Assembly (NCBI RefSeq): GCF_963921235.1
Contig: NC_086108.1
Location: 45,634,001 to 45,698,000, forward strand
Reading direction: 5' to 3'
Length of the DNA: 64,000 nt
DNA from: Mobula hypostoma
Taxonomy: Eukaryota
Below the pieces are notes generated by a model that saw nothing but the letters and a program-made list of their open reading frames with translations, ran no database searches and was not told where the DNA came from. The position numbers and the translations under genes were made by a program. Position 1 is the first letter of the stretch. Each line of letters opens with the position of its first letter. Of this stretch, positions 1 through 12,431 are shown piece by piece.

Positions 1-585
1 CCAGCACCAAGTCCAGCAGCTCTATAAAACTCTGGTTAGGCCACACTTGGAGTACTGTGTCCAGTTCTGGTCACCTCACTATACGAAGGATGTGGAAGCA
101 TTGGAAAGGGTACAGAGGAGATTTACCAGGATGCTGCCTGGTTTAGAGAGTATGCACTATGATCAGAGATTAAGGGAGCTAGGACTTTACTCTTTGGAGA
201 GAAGAGGATGAGAGGAGACATGATAGAGGTGTACAAGATAATAAGAGGAATAGATAGAGTGGATAGCCAGCGCCTCTTCCCCAGGGCACCACTGCTCAAT
301 ACAAGAGGACATGGCTTTAAGGTAAGGGGTGGGAAGTTCAAGGGGGATATTAGAGGAAGGTTTTTCACTCAGAGAGTGGTTGGTGTGTGGAATGCACTGC
401 CTGAGTCAGATGGTGGAGGCAGATACACTAGTGAAGTTTAAGAGACTACTAGACAGGTATATGGAGGAATTTAAGGTGGGGGTTATATGGGAGGCAGGGT
501 ATGAGGGTTGGCACAACATTGTGGGCCAAAGGGTCTGTACTGTGCTGTACTATTCTGTGTTCTACAAACGTATGTTCTATATGTT
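1..585 (+). mobile_element. CR1 LINE 3' fragment (ORF2 C-terminus + 3' UTR)
   Basis: Translates to [15 protein letters not shown]...[14 protein letters not shown]...TRGHGFK...FFTQRVV..WNALP, the typical CR1 ORF2 C-terminus; ends in a TTCTATG-like tail. Confidence 0.9.
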
Positions 586-589
586 AAGT

Positions 590-1356
590 CTAGGGCTTGA
601 CACAGGCAAAGTATCCAGTTTGGTGCCTCTCTTCCACTTCCTGGCTGGTCAAAACCCTGATGCATCTTCATATTTATTGCAAATAGTGGGTTTATTGTCC
701 CAGCTAGCAGCAGCCCAGATCAGAAATCACCTACTCAAGAGAGAGATAAACTTGGCCTAGTCCACTGAATACAGAGATGGCTGGAACTCAGAGTGCAAGA
801 CACATTGGGTCAGGAAGTTGTGACATCAGGTTGAGGATCCATCTAAATAGTCAGGCATCGGAATCCTGGGTTCTGAGGGAGGAGGTTTATTGGTGAAAGG
901 TTGCTATGACGAGACAGAGAGTTGGCTGAGAGCAGTCAGCAGGTTTCTTGCTCTTTCTGGATCACATAGTTATGTTGGAGGCCGACTTCCCTGAGGGGAG
1001 CAAACTCTGCTAGGTCAATCACTGGTTCACCCATCCCGTTAGGAAACGTAGAGGAGGCTTGACCCAAAAGCAGAACAGCAGAGACAATTTAGCAATGTAC
1101 GCTAGTTTTTATAACAGACTACGAAAATAACAGTCCAGGAGGGGCCACAAACTGAGAGAGAACAGATGCTAAACCCCACAGCCATCAAGGTAACTGAAGT
1201 CTAGAGTAACTAGTTGTGGCTGGCTGGTTTGAATGAGGGAACAAGGACTGTGGATGGGTTTAAATAGGGGGCATATGATGCCGTGGAAATGAGTGGCAGG
1301 TGATTCCTGTTAGATGAGTGAGACTGGAAAGTGCCTGCCTGAGCAAGCCTGATACA
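590..1356 (-). mobile_element. Decayed Gypsy remnant (LTR ~1040-1356 + gag fragment), same family as 9548-17723
   Basis: Minus strand shares GCAGGCAC(T/C)TTCCAGTCTC and CTGCTTTTGGGTCAAGCCTC with the LTR at 9548-10743; gag-like CHNFLTQC remnant near 800-830. Confidence 0.55.
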
Positions 1357-1910
1357 ATCACCTTTTAACTCCTTAATCAACAGTTTCATATACATCATGT
1401 AGAGTTGGAACTTGCCCAAACTTCTTCTGCTGCATCTATAAAACTCATCCTGAACTCACTACATATAGCCCTACTCCATTATTATCTTTAGATCAGTTTT
1501 TGAATTATCTATCTAACAGAACTGTGAGAATGTTATAAGCATTGATAGCAGTGATTCAAGAAAACAGCTCACTATCAATTTTACAAGGTCAACTAGAGGT
1601 ATCAATGCTTCACCAGCTCAGATGAATTAAAAAGCATTTAATCCTTCAGTTTGGTTAAGAAGGCTGCTCCAGTGTTTGAAAATTCACTCAGGAAATACCT
1701 CAATTCACTCATTGCAATGTTATCAGCTTCTTTCAGCAACTTTAAAAGTCATATGCATGCAAAACCAAGCATACTTCCATTTAGGAAGCCAGGATCAGAT
1801 GAGGCTCTACACAGTTGCCATTAGTCAGGAAGGAATTTAAGAATAGATTTAGGAAACCTAGAAGGGGACATGAGAAGACTTGGCAAATGGGATTAAGGAA
1901 ATCCCCCAAA

Positions 1911-2733
1911 TGTCATAAGGGTGGTGGCTGGGAACAGACCCCAGTGCAAGACACAGACACTGAAGTACTAGGGACAGGACTAGGATACAGGGCAATGGCA
2001 AGGACATGAATAGGAAAACCAGGAACCTGGAACAGGACTGAACAAAGGAGCTAGTATCCTGGGCTTGGACTCTAAGCCAAAGACTGGACAAGGACCCAGA
2101 ACCTGGGTCTTCCCTCAGGCTCAGACCCCAGAACTAGACAAGGACATGACTTGGCTGGCAGGCAGGGTGAGGCTGGAGACCAGAGACCCAGGGGCTTGAA
2201 GCTCCTCCTGGGCAGGGCACAGATTACCACCCGATGGAGGCAAGGGACAGAACCCACCACAGGGTAACGGCAATCTGGCCTGGCTTACCCGACGGAGGCA
2301 AGGGACAGGAAGGGAACTAGCTACAGGGTGGCTTCAGGTGAGACGAAGTGAGAGTTACCAGCAAGACAAGGCAAGGCAAGGCAAGGCTAGGCTTCAAGTA
2401 ATGCAACATGAGGCAAGAACTTCAAGGCGAGGCAAGGCTTCAGGTAATACAAGGGGAGGCAAGAACTTCAAGGCAAGGCGAGGCGAGAGTTACCGGCAAG
2501 ACAAGGCAAGGAAACAGAAGGCAGGGGAAGGGATACAAGGAGTAAGGAGAAGAACAATCCAGCACCCATACCCTGGTCTCTGGAGGTATTTGTGCAGCCA
2601 GCCCCAACGGGAATCAGCTGCCTCAATTAGTGCTCAAGAGGAACAGAAACAGGGTAGACAGGAAAACCCGGAGTAAGGGTCAATGGACCGGACCGTGAAC
2701 CGGAATACAGACTTCATGGATTGGACCATGACA
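1911..2733. mobile_element. Solo LTR (Gypsy-like) with internal (AGGCA)n repeats
   Basis: TGTCAT...ATGACA termini; flanks CCAAA/CCAAG (imperfect 5-bp TSD); splits the CR1 ..PKAF codons. Confidence 0.75.
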
Positions 2734-3640
2734 CCAAGGCATTCTACATGTATATGAAGAGCAGAATGACTAGAGTGAGGGTAGGACTGATCAAGGATAA
2801 GAAGAGTTGGAGGAGATAGTGATATCCTTAAAGAATACTTTGCTTCAGTATATTCCACTGAGACAGACCTTGACAAATGTGAGGACAGTACAAAACAGGC
2901 TGATATGATGGAACTTTTGAAAAACATTAGGATAGGTAAGTGCCCACAGCTAAATAGGATATATTCCAAGCTACTACAGAAGGTGAGGGAAGAGATTGCT
3001 CTGCCTTTTGCAGCAATCTTTACATCCACACTAGCCATGGAAGTCGTAACAGGGAATTTGAGGGTGGCAAATATTATTCTCTTGTTCAAGAAAGATAGCA
3101 GGGGTAATCCTGGGAACTACAGACCAGTGAGTCTTACTTAGTGGTGGGCAAACTATTAGAGGGCATTCCTAGAGAAAGGATTTATGAGCATTTGAGAAGC
3201 ATAGTCTGATTAGGGATAGTCAGCATAGATTTGTGAGGAGCAGTTTATGCTTCACGAGTGACTGAATTGTTTGAGGAAGTAACAAGACAAACTGATGAAG
3301 ATAGAGCAGTGAATGTGCTGTATATGGATTTTAGTGAGGTGTTAGAGAGGATCCTCCATGGTCAGCTCATTCAGACATCAGGAGACATGGGTGGGATCCA
3401 GGGAAACTTGGTTACGTGGATTCAGAATTGCCTTGCTCACAGTAGGCAGAAGGAGGTAGAAGTTAGAGTGTATTGTGGAGGTCGGTAATTGGTGGTGTTC
3501 CACAGCATTCTGTCTTGGGAACCCAGTTCTTCATGATCTTTATAAATGACTTGGATGAGGAAGTTAGAAGGTAGGCTAGTAAGTCTGCAGATGATACAAA
3601 GGTTGGTGGAATTATGGAGAGTGTAGAAGGATGTCAAAAG

Positions 3641-4026
3641 CTCTTCTTGCTGCCTGTTATGCCACTGGCATTTAGGGCAGCAATGAAGGTCCTCCGTCTG
3701 TGACGGTGTTCAGGGCTATCAGTTGCTTACTCTCAGTTTTCACTACTGTCAGTCATGTAAGTCGTGGGTGGAGACTCAGGAATACCATTGCCATTTCGGT
3801 AACAATTCTGTTTTGCCAGTCTGGGTTGTTAGTCCTGAGCTGAATCCCCGAATATGGAGAACTGGTGGACCACTCTTGGTCTGACCTCTATCCTTTGACC
3901 TTTTTGGCATGAGTGACCCCACCAGGAGCCAAAGCATAAAGTCCTGACTCCACCCAACTTAGCCCTCCAGGTCTTTGAGGCACGCAAGCCTCTAAACCCA
4001 ACAACAAGGTTCTGGTCCTCTTGGAA
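3641..4026 (-). mobile_element. Short non-autonomous RTE derivative (5' UTR joined to 3' end)
   Basis: 10-bp TSD ATGTCAAAAG (3631-3640 / 4027-4036); RTE-like 5' UTR and 3' end; second copy at 6846-7240. Confidence 0.65.
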
Positions 4027-4391
4027 ATGTCAAAAGTTACAACCGGAGAGTGATAGGTTGCAGAGCTGGCTGAGAAGTGGCAGATGGAGTTCTACCTAGA
4101 AATGTTGAAGTGATACACTTTGGAATGTCCAACATCAAGGCAGAGTACAGGGTTAATGGCAGGATTGTAAGCAGTGTGAAGGAACAGTGTGACCTTGGGG
4201 TCCACATCTATAGATACCTCAAGGGTGGTTAAGAAGGCATGTGATGTGTTGGCCTTGATTAATCAGGGGGTTGAGTTCAAGAGCCACAAGGGAATATTGC
4301 AGCTCTATAAAACTCTAGTTAGACCACACTTGGAGTACTGTAAACGAAAGAGATTCTGCCGATGCAGGACAGACCCTGTGAAATGATAACA

Positions 4392-5575
4392 CTAAAAGTT
4401 GCTGACCCTCTCCGCTCTGATCCCCTCAATGACAAGTGGTTCACTGACCTCTGGTTTCTTCCTCCAGTAGTCAGTAATCAGCTCTTGCTGACGTTGAGTG
4501 AGATGTTGTTGCTGTGGCACATTTAACCCTAGTTTCAATCTCTCTCCTAGATGCTGATTCGTCACCACCTTTGATTCTTCCAATAACACTAGCGTCATCA
4601 GCAAATCTGAATGTGAAATTGGAGATGTACTTAGCTTCACAGTTAAAAGGATAAAGTGCATAGAGTGGGGGAGTCGTTGCTAAGCATGCAGCCTCCAAAT
4701 TTGAGGAAGGACATTCTTGCTGTTGAGGGAGTGCAGCGTAGGTTCATGAGGTTAATTCCCAGGATGGCGGGACTGTCATATGTTGAAAAATTGGAGTGAC
4801 TGGGCTTGTATACACTGGAATTGTGGGGGCCAGAACCAGAGGCCCCAGTTTAAGAATAAGGGGTAGACAATTTAGAACAGAGTTGAGGAAAAACTTTTTC
4901 ACCCAGAGAGTTGTGGATCTGTGGAATGCGCTGCCTCAGAAGGCAGTGGAGGACAATTCTCAGGATGCTTTCAAGAAAGAGTTAGATAGAGCTCTTGAAG
5001 ATAGTGGAGTCAAGGGATATGGGGAGAAGGTAGGAACAGGGTACTGATTGTGGATGATCAGCCATGATCACAGTGAATGGCGGTGCTGGCTCGAAGGGTC
5101 GAATGGCCTACTTCTGCACCTATTGTCTATTGTCTATTGTCTACATCTGTGACGCTTGTGATCGTGGAAGATATGTTGTTGCCAATCTGAACGGACTGGG
5201 TGAGGGAACTGAGGATCCAGTGCAAAAGGAGGCATAGGGGCCTAGGTCCTGGAGCTTACTAATTAGTTTTGAGGGGATGAATGTAGACCTATAGTCAATG
5301 AAGAGTATCCTGATGTATGCATCTTCACTGTCTAGATGTTCCAGTACTGAGTGAAGAGCCAATAAAATGGCATCTGTGTTGACCTGTTGTGACGGTAGGC
5401 AAATTGGAGTGGATCTAAGTCACTCCGCAGGCAGGAGGTGATATGTTTCATGACCAGCCTCTCAAAACACTTCATCATTTTGGGTGTTAGAGCAATTGGA
5501 GATTAGTCTTTGGAGCAGGTTACCATGTTCTTCTTGGGTACAAGTATGATTGAAGGCTGCTTGAAACAGACAGAA
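4392..5575 (-). mobile_element. Rex1/Babar-type LINE RT fragments (interrupted by a CR1 3' end)
   Basis: Minus-strand FADDASVIGRIKGGDESA, ELITDY.R, YIRILFIDY.STF, IILVPKK motifs. Confidence 0.75.
4715..5143 (+). mobile_element. CR1 LINE 3' end
   Basis: TRG.SLRIRGRQFRTELRKNFFTQRVVDLWNALP; (CTATTGT)n tail. Confidence 0.85.
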
Positions 5576-5644
5576 TTAGAATAGTTGACACAAAACCTGG
5601 TCAAAAAATTCAATATCAAGGAGTTTCTTGAAGGAGAGAAAAGT

Positions 5645-5785
5645 GATCCGGTCCTGCTGAAGGGTCTCAGCCCGAAACATTGTCTATACTTTTTCCCATA
5701 GAATCTGTTTGGCCTGCTGAGTTCCTCCAGCATTTTCTGCATTTGCTTGGATTTCCAGCATCTGCAGATTGTCTCTTGTTTGTGA
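5645..5785 (+). mobile_element. Penelope-like element 3' terminal repeat fragment with degenerate hammerhead
   Basis: Shares CCATAGA..GCCTGCTGAGTTCCTCCAGCATTTT tail with GIY-YIG-linked copies at 13934-14030 and 45964-46050. Confidence 0.7.
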
Positions 5786-6845
5786 AATAGCGCAATTAAA
5801 TCCAGCAGTGTGCAAAGAGTAGAACAGGAGAAGCAGAGAGATATTGGGAACATTAGGGCTGAAGAGGTCACATTACTTGGGAACATAAAACTACAGATGA
5901 GATTTCTGAGCAGTCCATGAACATATCATTGCTCTTTCACACTACTTTTTTTTCAACTTACTCTATATTAATTTCTTGCACGGTACTGCTGCCACAAAAC
6001 AACAAATTTCATGACTTACTGTACGTCAGTGATAATGAACTTATTCTGCTTCTGAAAACAGATCTGGAACCAATGTAATGGTGCACACTACGCTAGAACA
6101 CTGGGTACAGACTGGAAATTGGCCAGCAGAGCAACTGAACAGAATACTCACAATGAAACATTAACATTTATAGAACACACACCTAGACAGTCTTCATTCT
6201 ACAGACACACGCTTCTGCAAGTGCACATTGATACTGCTTGCTGCCAACAGACAATGTTATCCAATGAAGTCATAGTTTATGGATAGCCACCTGAACATGT
6301 GGGAAGTGATACTGACTGTAGCAGAACATACTGAGTGAATACAAATGACCTAATGGAAATTGGTGTAATGTTTCTCCTTGAAAAAACTGGCCTGGAAGTG
6401 GAGTTGCGCTGATGCAAGTTATATGCCTGGAATTTTTCATAGGCGGCATTATGAACTAGCAGGTTTAGATCAATGTAGACACTCATAAGTATAAAACAGC
6501 TCCATCAATTTATGGATCAAGATCTGTATCGAACCGAGGTGAGTTTTATGAAACCCCTGTAAATTGTATTTTGCACGCCAATCTAAAATCAGAACTTAAT
6601 TAACTTAAATCAAAGGAATAAAAAAATAAGTCCTTGAGTGGCTGAAAGTTCAACCAAAAATGCTTATTGCTCGTTGCACTGGCTATAAATACATGTACCT
6701 GAAGGGGTGAAACTTTAAGGGTATTTTCAGAATCTGAATTATAATAAGTTAATGATGCAGGAGTCATTTAGGGGGCTTTGCAGTCTTGGATAGATCAATC
6801 TATTTTAAACCTACCACTCTTCCATTTTAAACTTTTTCCCTTAAG

Positions 6846-7240
6846 TTACTTACTTACTGCCTATTACACCACCGGTGTCTAGGAAAGCAATGGAGGTCCT
6901 CCATCTCTGGCCGTGTTCAGGGCTTCCTTCACCCCATCAGTAGTTTTCTCTCGGTTTTCACTACTGTCCTGAGTGGAGACCCAGCAATACCATCACACTC
7001 AGATGTAGAAGAGTTTTTCATTGCTGTTTCAGTAACAGTTTTTTTTAAGTTAATCTTGTTAGACCTGTGCTGAACCCCAGAATCTGGAGAACCGGTGGAC
7101 AACTCTTAGTTTAACCTGTTGGCATGGGTGACCCTACCAAGAGCCAAAGCACAAGGCCCTGACTCCAACCAACATAGCTCTTTGGGTCGTTGAGGAACAC
7201 AAGCCTCTAAACACAACAAGATTGTGATCCTCCTGACGGT
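6846..7240 (-). mobile_element. Short non-autonomous RTE derivative (second copy)
   Basis: Collinear with 3641-4026; (TAAG)n tail on minus strand; CTTAAG on both flanks. Confidence 0.6.
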
Positions 7241-7902
7241 CTCTTAAGATACCAGACTCATATTTAATGGCAGGGAAGAGTGAAATTCACTTGATACTAT
7301 TTTGTGTTGATGTTAACTTTATTTTTATTGAAGCATGTTTGTTTTAAGTGGAATGGGCATGAAGCAATAGAAAGAACTGTATAATGTAGAAGGCCATTCT
7401 GCCCGTCGTCTGTGTTGAGGTTTTGACGAAGCTGTTAATTTCACTTTCAGATTACAAATTATTTTAAGCAATGTGATATACCTGGTATCAACATCATTCT
7501 GATGAGGGCTTTTTTTAATCTGAAGGAAACATTTCAGCTGACCTGAAATATCTAACTAGAATACAGTCTGTAAATAACTAGAGGAAGTGCGATTTTTTAG
7601 CAATCACAAATGGGAAGTATTTCAGGTGCGTTAAGAACTGGATTTGTCCCACGTAATTTTATCCCAGCAATTTCAGTCCAGGATAGGAAACAGCAGGACT
7701 ATCTGGAGCAGCATTAAGGATGTCTGGCCATTTACCAGGGGATGGTTGTGCTGGTGTAACACAACTGCAAAAAGTACTTTGGATATATTTCTACCATACA
7801 CAAAGCCTGGGATTCAAATGAATACAACCTTTCAAAAACAATCTGATCAAGGATGAACAAAAGAAAATCTTCAGATTCTGGAAACTGAAGCATTGGATTC
7901 TG

Positions 7903-8000
7903 ATGTTCTGATGAAGGGTCTTGGCCCAAACTTCGACTGTACTATTTTCCATAGATGGTGCCTGGTCTGCTGAGTTCCTCCAGCATTCTGAGTGTGTTGA
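7903..8000 (+). mobile_element. Penelope-like terminal fragment with hammerhead motif
   Basis: CTGATGA-AGGGTCTTGGCCC-AAAC-TTC-GACTG followed by the shared tail. Confidence 0.7.
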
Positions 8001-9652
8001 TCAAGATTGAAATTGCTTAGGTCTGTATTTCTTTGGGGAATTCTTCAGGCAATAGGCCCAAGCTGTGCGTGCATCTATGTACTTTAAATTAGGGTGTTGT
8101 CAGTAAGTTGAAGGGAACTAACTCGAAAAACCTTCACAAGTGGAACAGATGGGTAAGTGGCAAGGCGCCACCTACTGTAAGAATGGAACAAGACTCCACA
8201 GGAATATCCGTAACTAAAACAAAATCTTTTGAGAGAGGATTTGTGTTACAAATGAGATTTATTAAACACACAGTTGAATGTCTTTCTGTATTATGTTGAC
8301 AGGCCACACTTTCAACAGAAAAAAACACTCCCTAAATGTACGGTAATGCCTTTATAAAAACCTATTCTACCTTCCCATTCACAAGGAGTGGTCAAGCCAG
8401 TTTCATTCCAGTGCCTTCAGTGATATATTGATGTGAATTGAGTCTTCCATACTAACTTTAAACAATCTCTATCTAGGTACAATTAAAGTGCTGTGTTCAC
8501 CACTTGATGTTCTATTTTTGAAAAGACATTGAAATCATAGGATACTTGAATTTAGGCTTGGCAAATTATTTTCAAACATAACCACAGCTCTGAGGAGAAA
8601 TTTGAAACTTGGGAACCATTTCCCTTGAAACAGAGGAGGTCAAAATGAGATTAAAGTCAGAGGTTTTAAATAGTGTTGTGTGTTGATTGGGTTGAATAGG
8701 GGAAAATTTTCTGCCTGGGGATCCACTGATCAGGTAGCAAACAATTAAAGTAGTTATTGGATGTGAGGAAAGTAGGGAAATCAATTTACATAGTCATTTC
8801 TTGGAAAGAAATATTCTGCTGATGGGAATAGCTGAGGTAGAGACCACTATATCTCTAAACGGAATTTAGGCAAATCTTTATACTGGAAAAAAGCACAGAC
8901 TCACAGTATATATAGAACAAGCAAGAAACTGACAACTTTGGAGGGATCAACCCCCTCCCGTTCCATAGATATTTATGATGTTGTGGTCATTTGAACAAAA
9001 CACTCACATTTCAGGTGGGCAGACACACTATTTCAGTAAAACACAACCCAACCACATTCCAAAGGTGTCCCTGGCAGGAAATCAGGAGTGATGATAAGTT
9101 AAAAAAATGTTTTTTTGATTTTGTTATAAGCCCGGTACCATAATCTAAAAAGAATATCAACAGCAAGGATCCATTTTGTGCCTAGTTAAATCCCTTAGCA
9201 TCAAATTTCTTCTTCACACCATTGCCATCTCCATATGAACTTTATTTCTCCATTTTTTTCCTTCCCGTCCTCCATGAACTGCACAGGTCAGGAACTCGGT
9301 CTTCATAATTCTAACATATCAACTTCAGCTTTTGTCAAGTAATCCAGTCACATTCTGTAAATAGTCTTCCTTCCCCTTCAGGCTTCTTCAGTTATCATAC
9401 CCTCCAATTATATGAATCTCATCAAATGTGTATTTCTCCTTTCTGTACCCATGGCAGAACCTGCCATCATCACCCCCACAATCTGGATTTTCGGAATCCA
9501 AAACTATTTGCAGTGTTTCTTTCCAGTTTCTGTATTTTCGTTAAGACTATCAGGCCTGCTCCTGCTGACACCTCCCCGCTTGCACATGCAGGCACCTTCC
9601 AGTCTCCACCCAGCTAACAGGATTTACCTGCCTCTCGTTCCAGACTCATGAC

Positions 9653-10483
9653 CAATATTCCCTCTCAGCTGTTCATATGTGCGTGTGCACACACCTTTTG
9701 CTACTAGCGCACAAAGGAATTTAAACTCCGCACAAGAGGTTATCACCTCCTACCCCGTGGCATGTTAAGTATATTTCATGATTGCACATAATCACATTTC
9801 CTTTTTGGGTTTCTGGAAGTGGACGGTGATCTGTCTGCAGATTTTAGAACTGGCTGATCTATAAGGTTTTTATTGAAGAAATTATTGATCCACCATGTCA
9901 AATGCCAAGGAAGCAAAGGGCATGAAGCACAAAAGAACAGCTATTTCATTTAAAGCGGAATAGCTTAATGAAACGGTAGAAATTGCTATACTGAAAGCTC
10001 GTGAGGTCAGGAACGTGCAGCAATGAGGAATATTTGCCTACAATACAGACACTGGTGTTATCTGCGTGTATTGCTGAAAAGCAAAAGTTGTTGGAGAATT
10101 TGTAAGTGAGAAGAAGTGTAGTGATATTTGGAAATTTGACCTTTTAAACCATCATTTAGCAAGAAAATCACATATGGATGTTGTGCAAAAGCTCCAGCAA
10201 TAAAATCCTTCATTACCCACTATAGGCCTGTTACATATGTTTTGTGAGAGTGCAGATGAACACGAGTGAAAACGATCAAACCAGAGGAGATCAAAGTTCT
10301 TATTGACAGTTATTTTATTTCTTTTAAACAATGAACAACAAACTGGACTTGGTAGTTTATTATCCTCAGAGTAGCTTCAGGTGCAGTTCCACTTAGAAAG
10401 TCAGTGCACACATGTCGCCAGCAAAAAACTGCACAAAACAGGATTTTTGCATACACTGGTCATTACAAATGAGAGAAACATTG
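9653..10483 (+). mobile_element. Non-autonomous hAT-like DNA transposon inserted in the Gypsy 5' LTR
   Basis: Imperfect TIRs CAATATTCCCTCTCA / TGAGAGAAACATTG; flanks CTCATGAC/CTCAGATC; decayed N-terminal transposase-like reading frame (CVYC...HHLARKSH). Confidence 0.6.
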
Positions 10484-12431
10484 CTCAGATCTGCAGGCTA
10501 TTTAATAGCAGTTCTCATCCACAGTCCTTGTTCATCATTTAACCAGCCAGCCCTAACCCATTGCCCGAGTCTGCAGTCTCCCTGCCTCGTTTACCTTGTT
10601 GCCTGTGTTTAGTTTGTGTCCTCCCTTGTTTTGTGGCACTTTGTGGCTTATTACTTTACAGTCTATTATTAAAGTTATTGTTTACTGCTATATCTTCTCA
10701 GCAGCTCTGCTTTTGGGTCAAGCCTCGGCCACATTTCCTCACAGGGTGAGGGAACAACTGACTAACCCAGCAAAATGTGCTCAGCTAAAGGAAATTGTCC
10801 CCCAACATAGATACATGACGCAGAAGCAGCAGGGAACCATTGACCGTTCACTTCCAACTCCCCAGCTCAGTGCAGCAATTACACACCAGCCAACCTCTTC
10901 CCTCTGAGCCCTGCATCCCCATGCCCAGATGTTTCGATGGATCTCCAAAATGATGCCACAACTTTCTGTCCCAGTGTGTCTTACACATCAAGCTCCAGCC
11001 ATCTGTGTTCTACAGACTGGGCAAAAGTTGCCTTCCTCATGGCGGGCTCTGACCTGGGCTACCGCTAACTGGGACAACAAAACAAATATGAGGATCTCAT
11101 CACTGCGATACACTGGGTTTCCAACAATCTGGGAAGTGGAAGGGAGGCAGTGGATTTGATAATTTGCCTGCATCACGGCTCACGCTCTGTGCTGGAGCAC
11201 TTTGTCGAATTCAGGGAACTTGGTGGAGTGCAGCTGGAATGGAGAATTGCTGCTGGCCCATTACTATCGCTGCACCTTGGAGCGCTTGAAAGATGAGCTG
11301 TCTACTTGGGAGGTGGCCACCAACCTCAAAATCCTCATCATTCTGGCTCTCCGTATTGACAAACGTCTAGTGGAACAACCTCCAGATCATCAGCCAGAGC
11401 CCCAGTTCCATTCCCTGAACCATTTCAGACTGCTGGACCTCCATCACCAATGCCTCCAGTACCCACGCAGTTAGGGAGAGCTCCCTTAATCCCTCCACCC
11501 CCACCCCCAAGAGAATGAGCATTAGTGGAAAAATGACTTGTGCACCTGCTGTGAAGCAGTTGACCACCAACCCATCAACTGCTCACTGAGTCTGGAAAAC
11601 AGTGCCTCCAGGTAGAAATGAGGGGCATCCTATCTGGCAAGTTCTCTCTGGACCTTGTCCCAGCGCCATAGCCTGTCTCACTCTCCTGCCCTCCTCCACA
11701 CTCTGTCGGCTATACACACTCAGGAGGCTCTGCTGGAATCCGATGCAGCAGACAACCTTACGTGCTTGCAGCTTGGACTCCCTACCGAACCTATCCCTCA
11801 CCCCTTCAACATCATGGTCATTGATGGACATCCTTGGGTCTGGGATAGTCAGAGCACACACGGCCTGCACATGTGAGCTTCAGAGAATACAGTACGTCTG
11901 TCCAATTCCTTCTTACCGACTCACCCAACACTCCTCCCATCCTTGGTGACCCCTGGCTCTCCACTCACGACCCTCACCCCACCTGGTCATCCAGTGCATT
12001 GCTGAGTTGGGACCCATCCCTCGGAGCACCTGCCTGCAGCCTCAGTTAGCTTCATCCCATAACTCCATGGAGATGGTGGGATCCCTCAACCTCATCCAAC
12101 TCCCACAGGAATATCATGACTTAGCCATCACCTTCAGTGAAAAGGAAGTCAGTACCCTGCCACATCACCGACCACACAAATGCGCCATCAGCCTCCTCCC
12201 AGGCAACATCTCTCCCTGAAGCCATCTGTTCTCTGTCTCCCCTCCTGCAACCCAAGTCATGAATGGCTAGAGCACTGAAGTGCTACAGCACGTTTATTCG
12301 ACCATGCCAGCCCCCAGTTGGCGCAGGACTTTTCTTTGTCAAAAAGAAAGATGAGGGTCTTCTCCCTTGCATTGACCAGCTACCGTGGACGCAACAAAAT
12401 CACCATTAAGAAACACTACCCTCTCCCATGG

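Larger units (their letters stand above)
1810..4340 (+). mobile_element. CR1 LINE ORF2 (RT) fragment, decayed, interrupted by a solo LTR and an RTE derivative
   Basis: Motifs [33 protein letters not shown] with stops and frameshifts; collinear across the insertions. Confidence 0.85.

Noticed and set aside
6277..6486. 69-aa ORF in unique sequence
   Set aside because: No recognisable homology or supporting exon structure
7495..7560. CTGATGAG...GAAAC possible additional hammerhead
   Set aside because: No convincing stems and no shared Penelope tail
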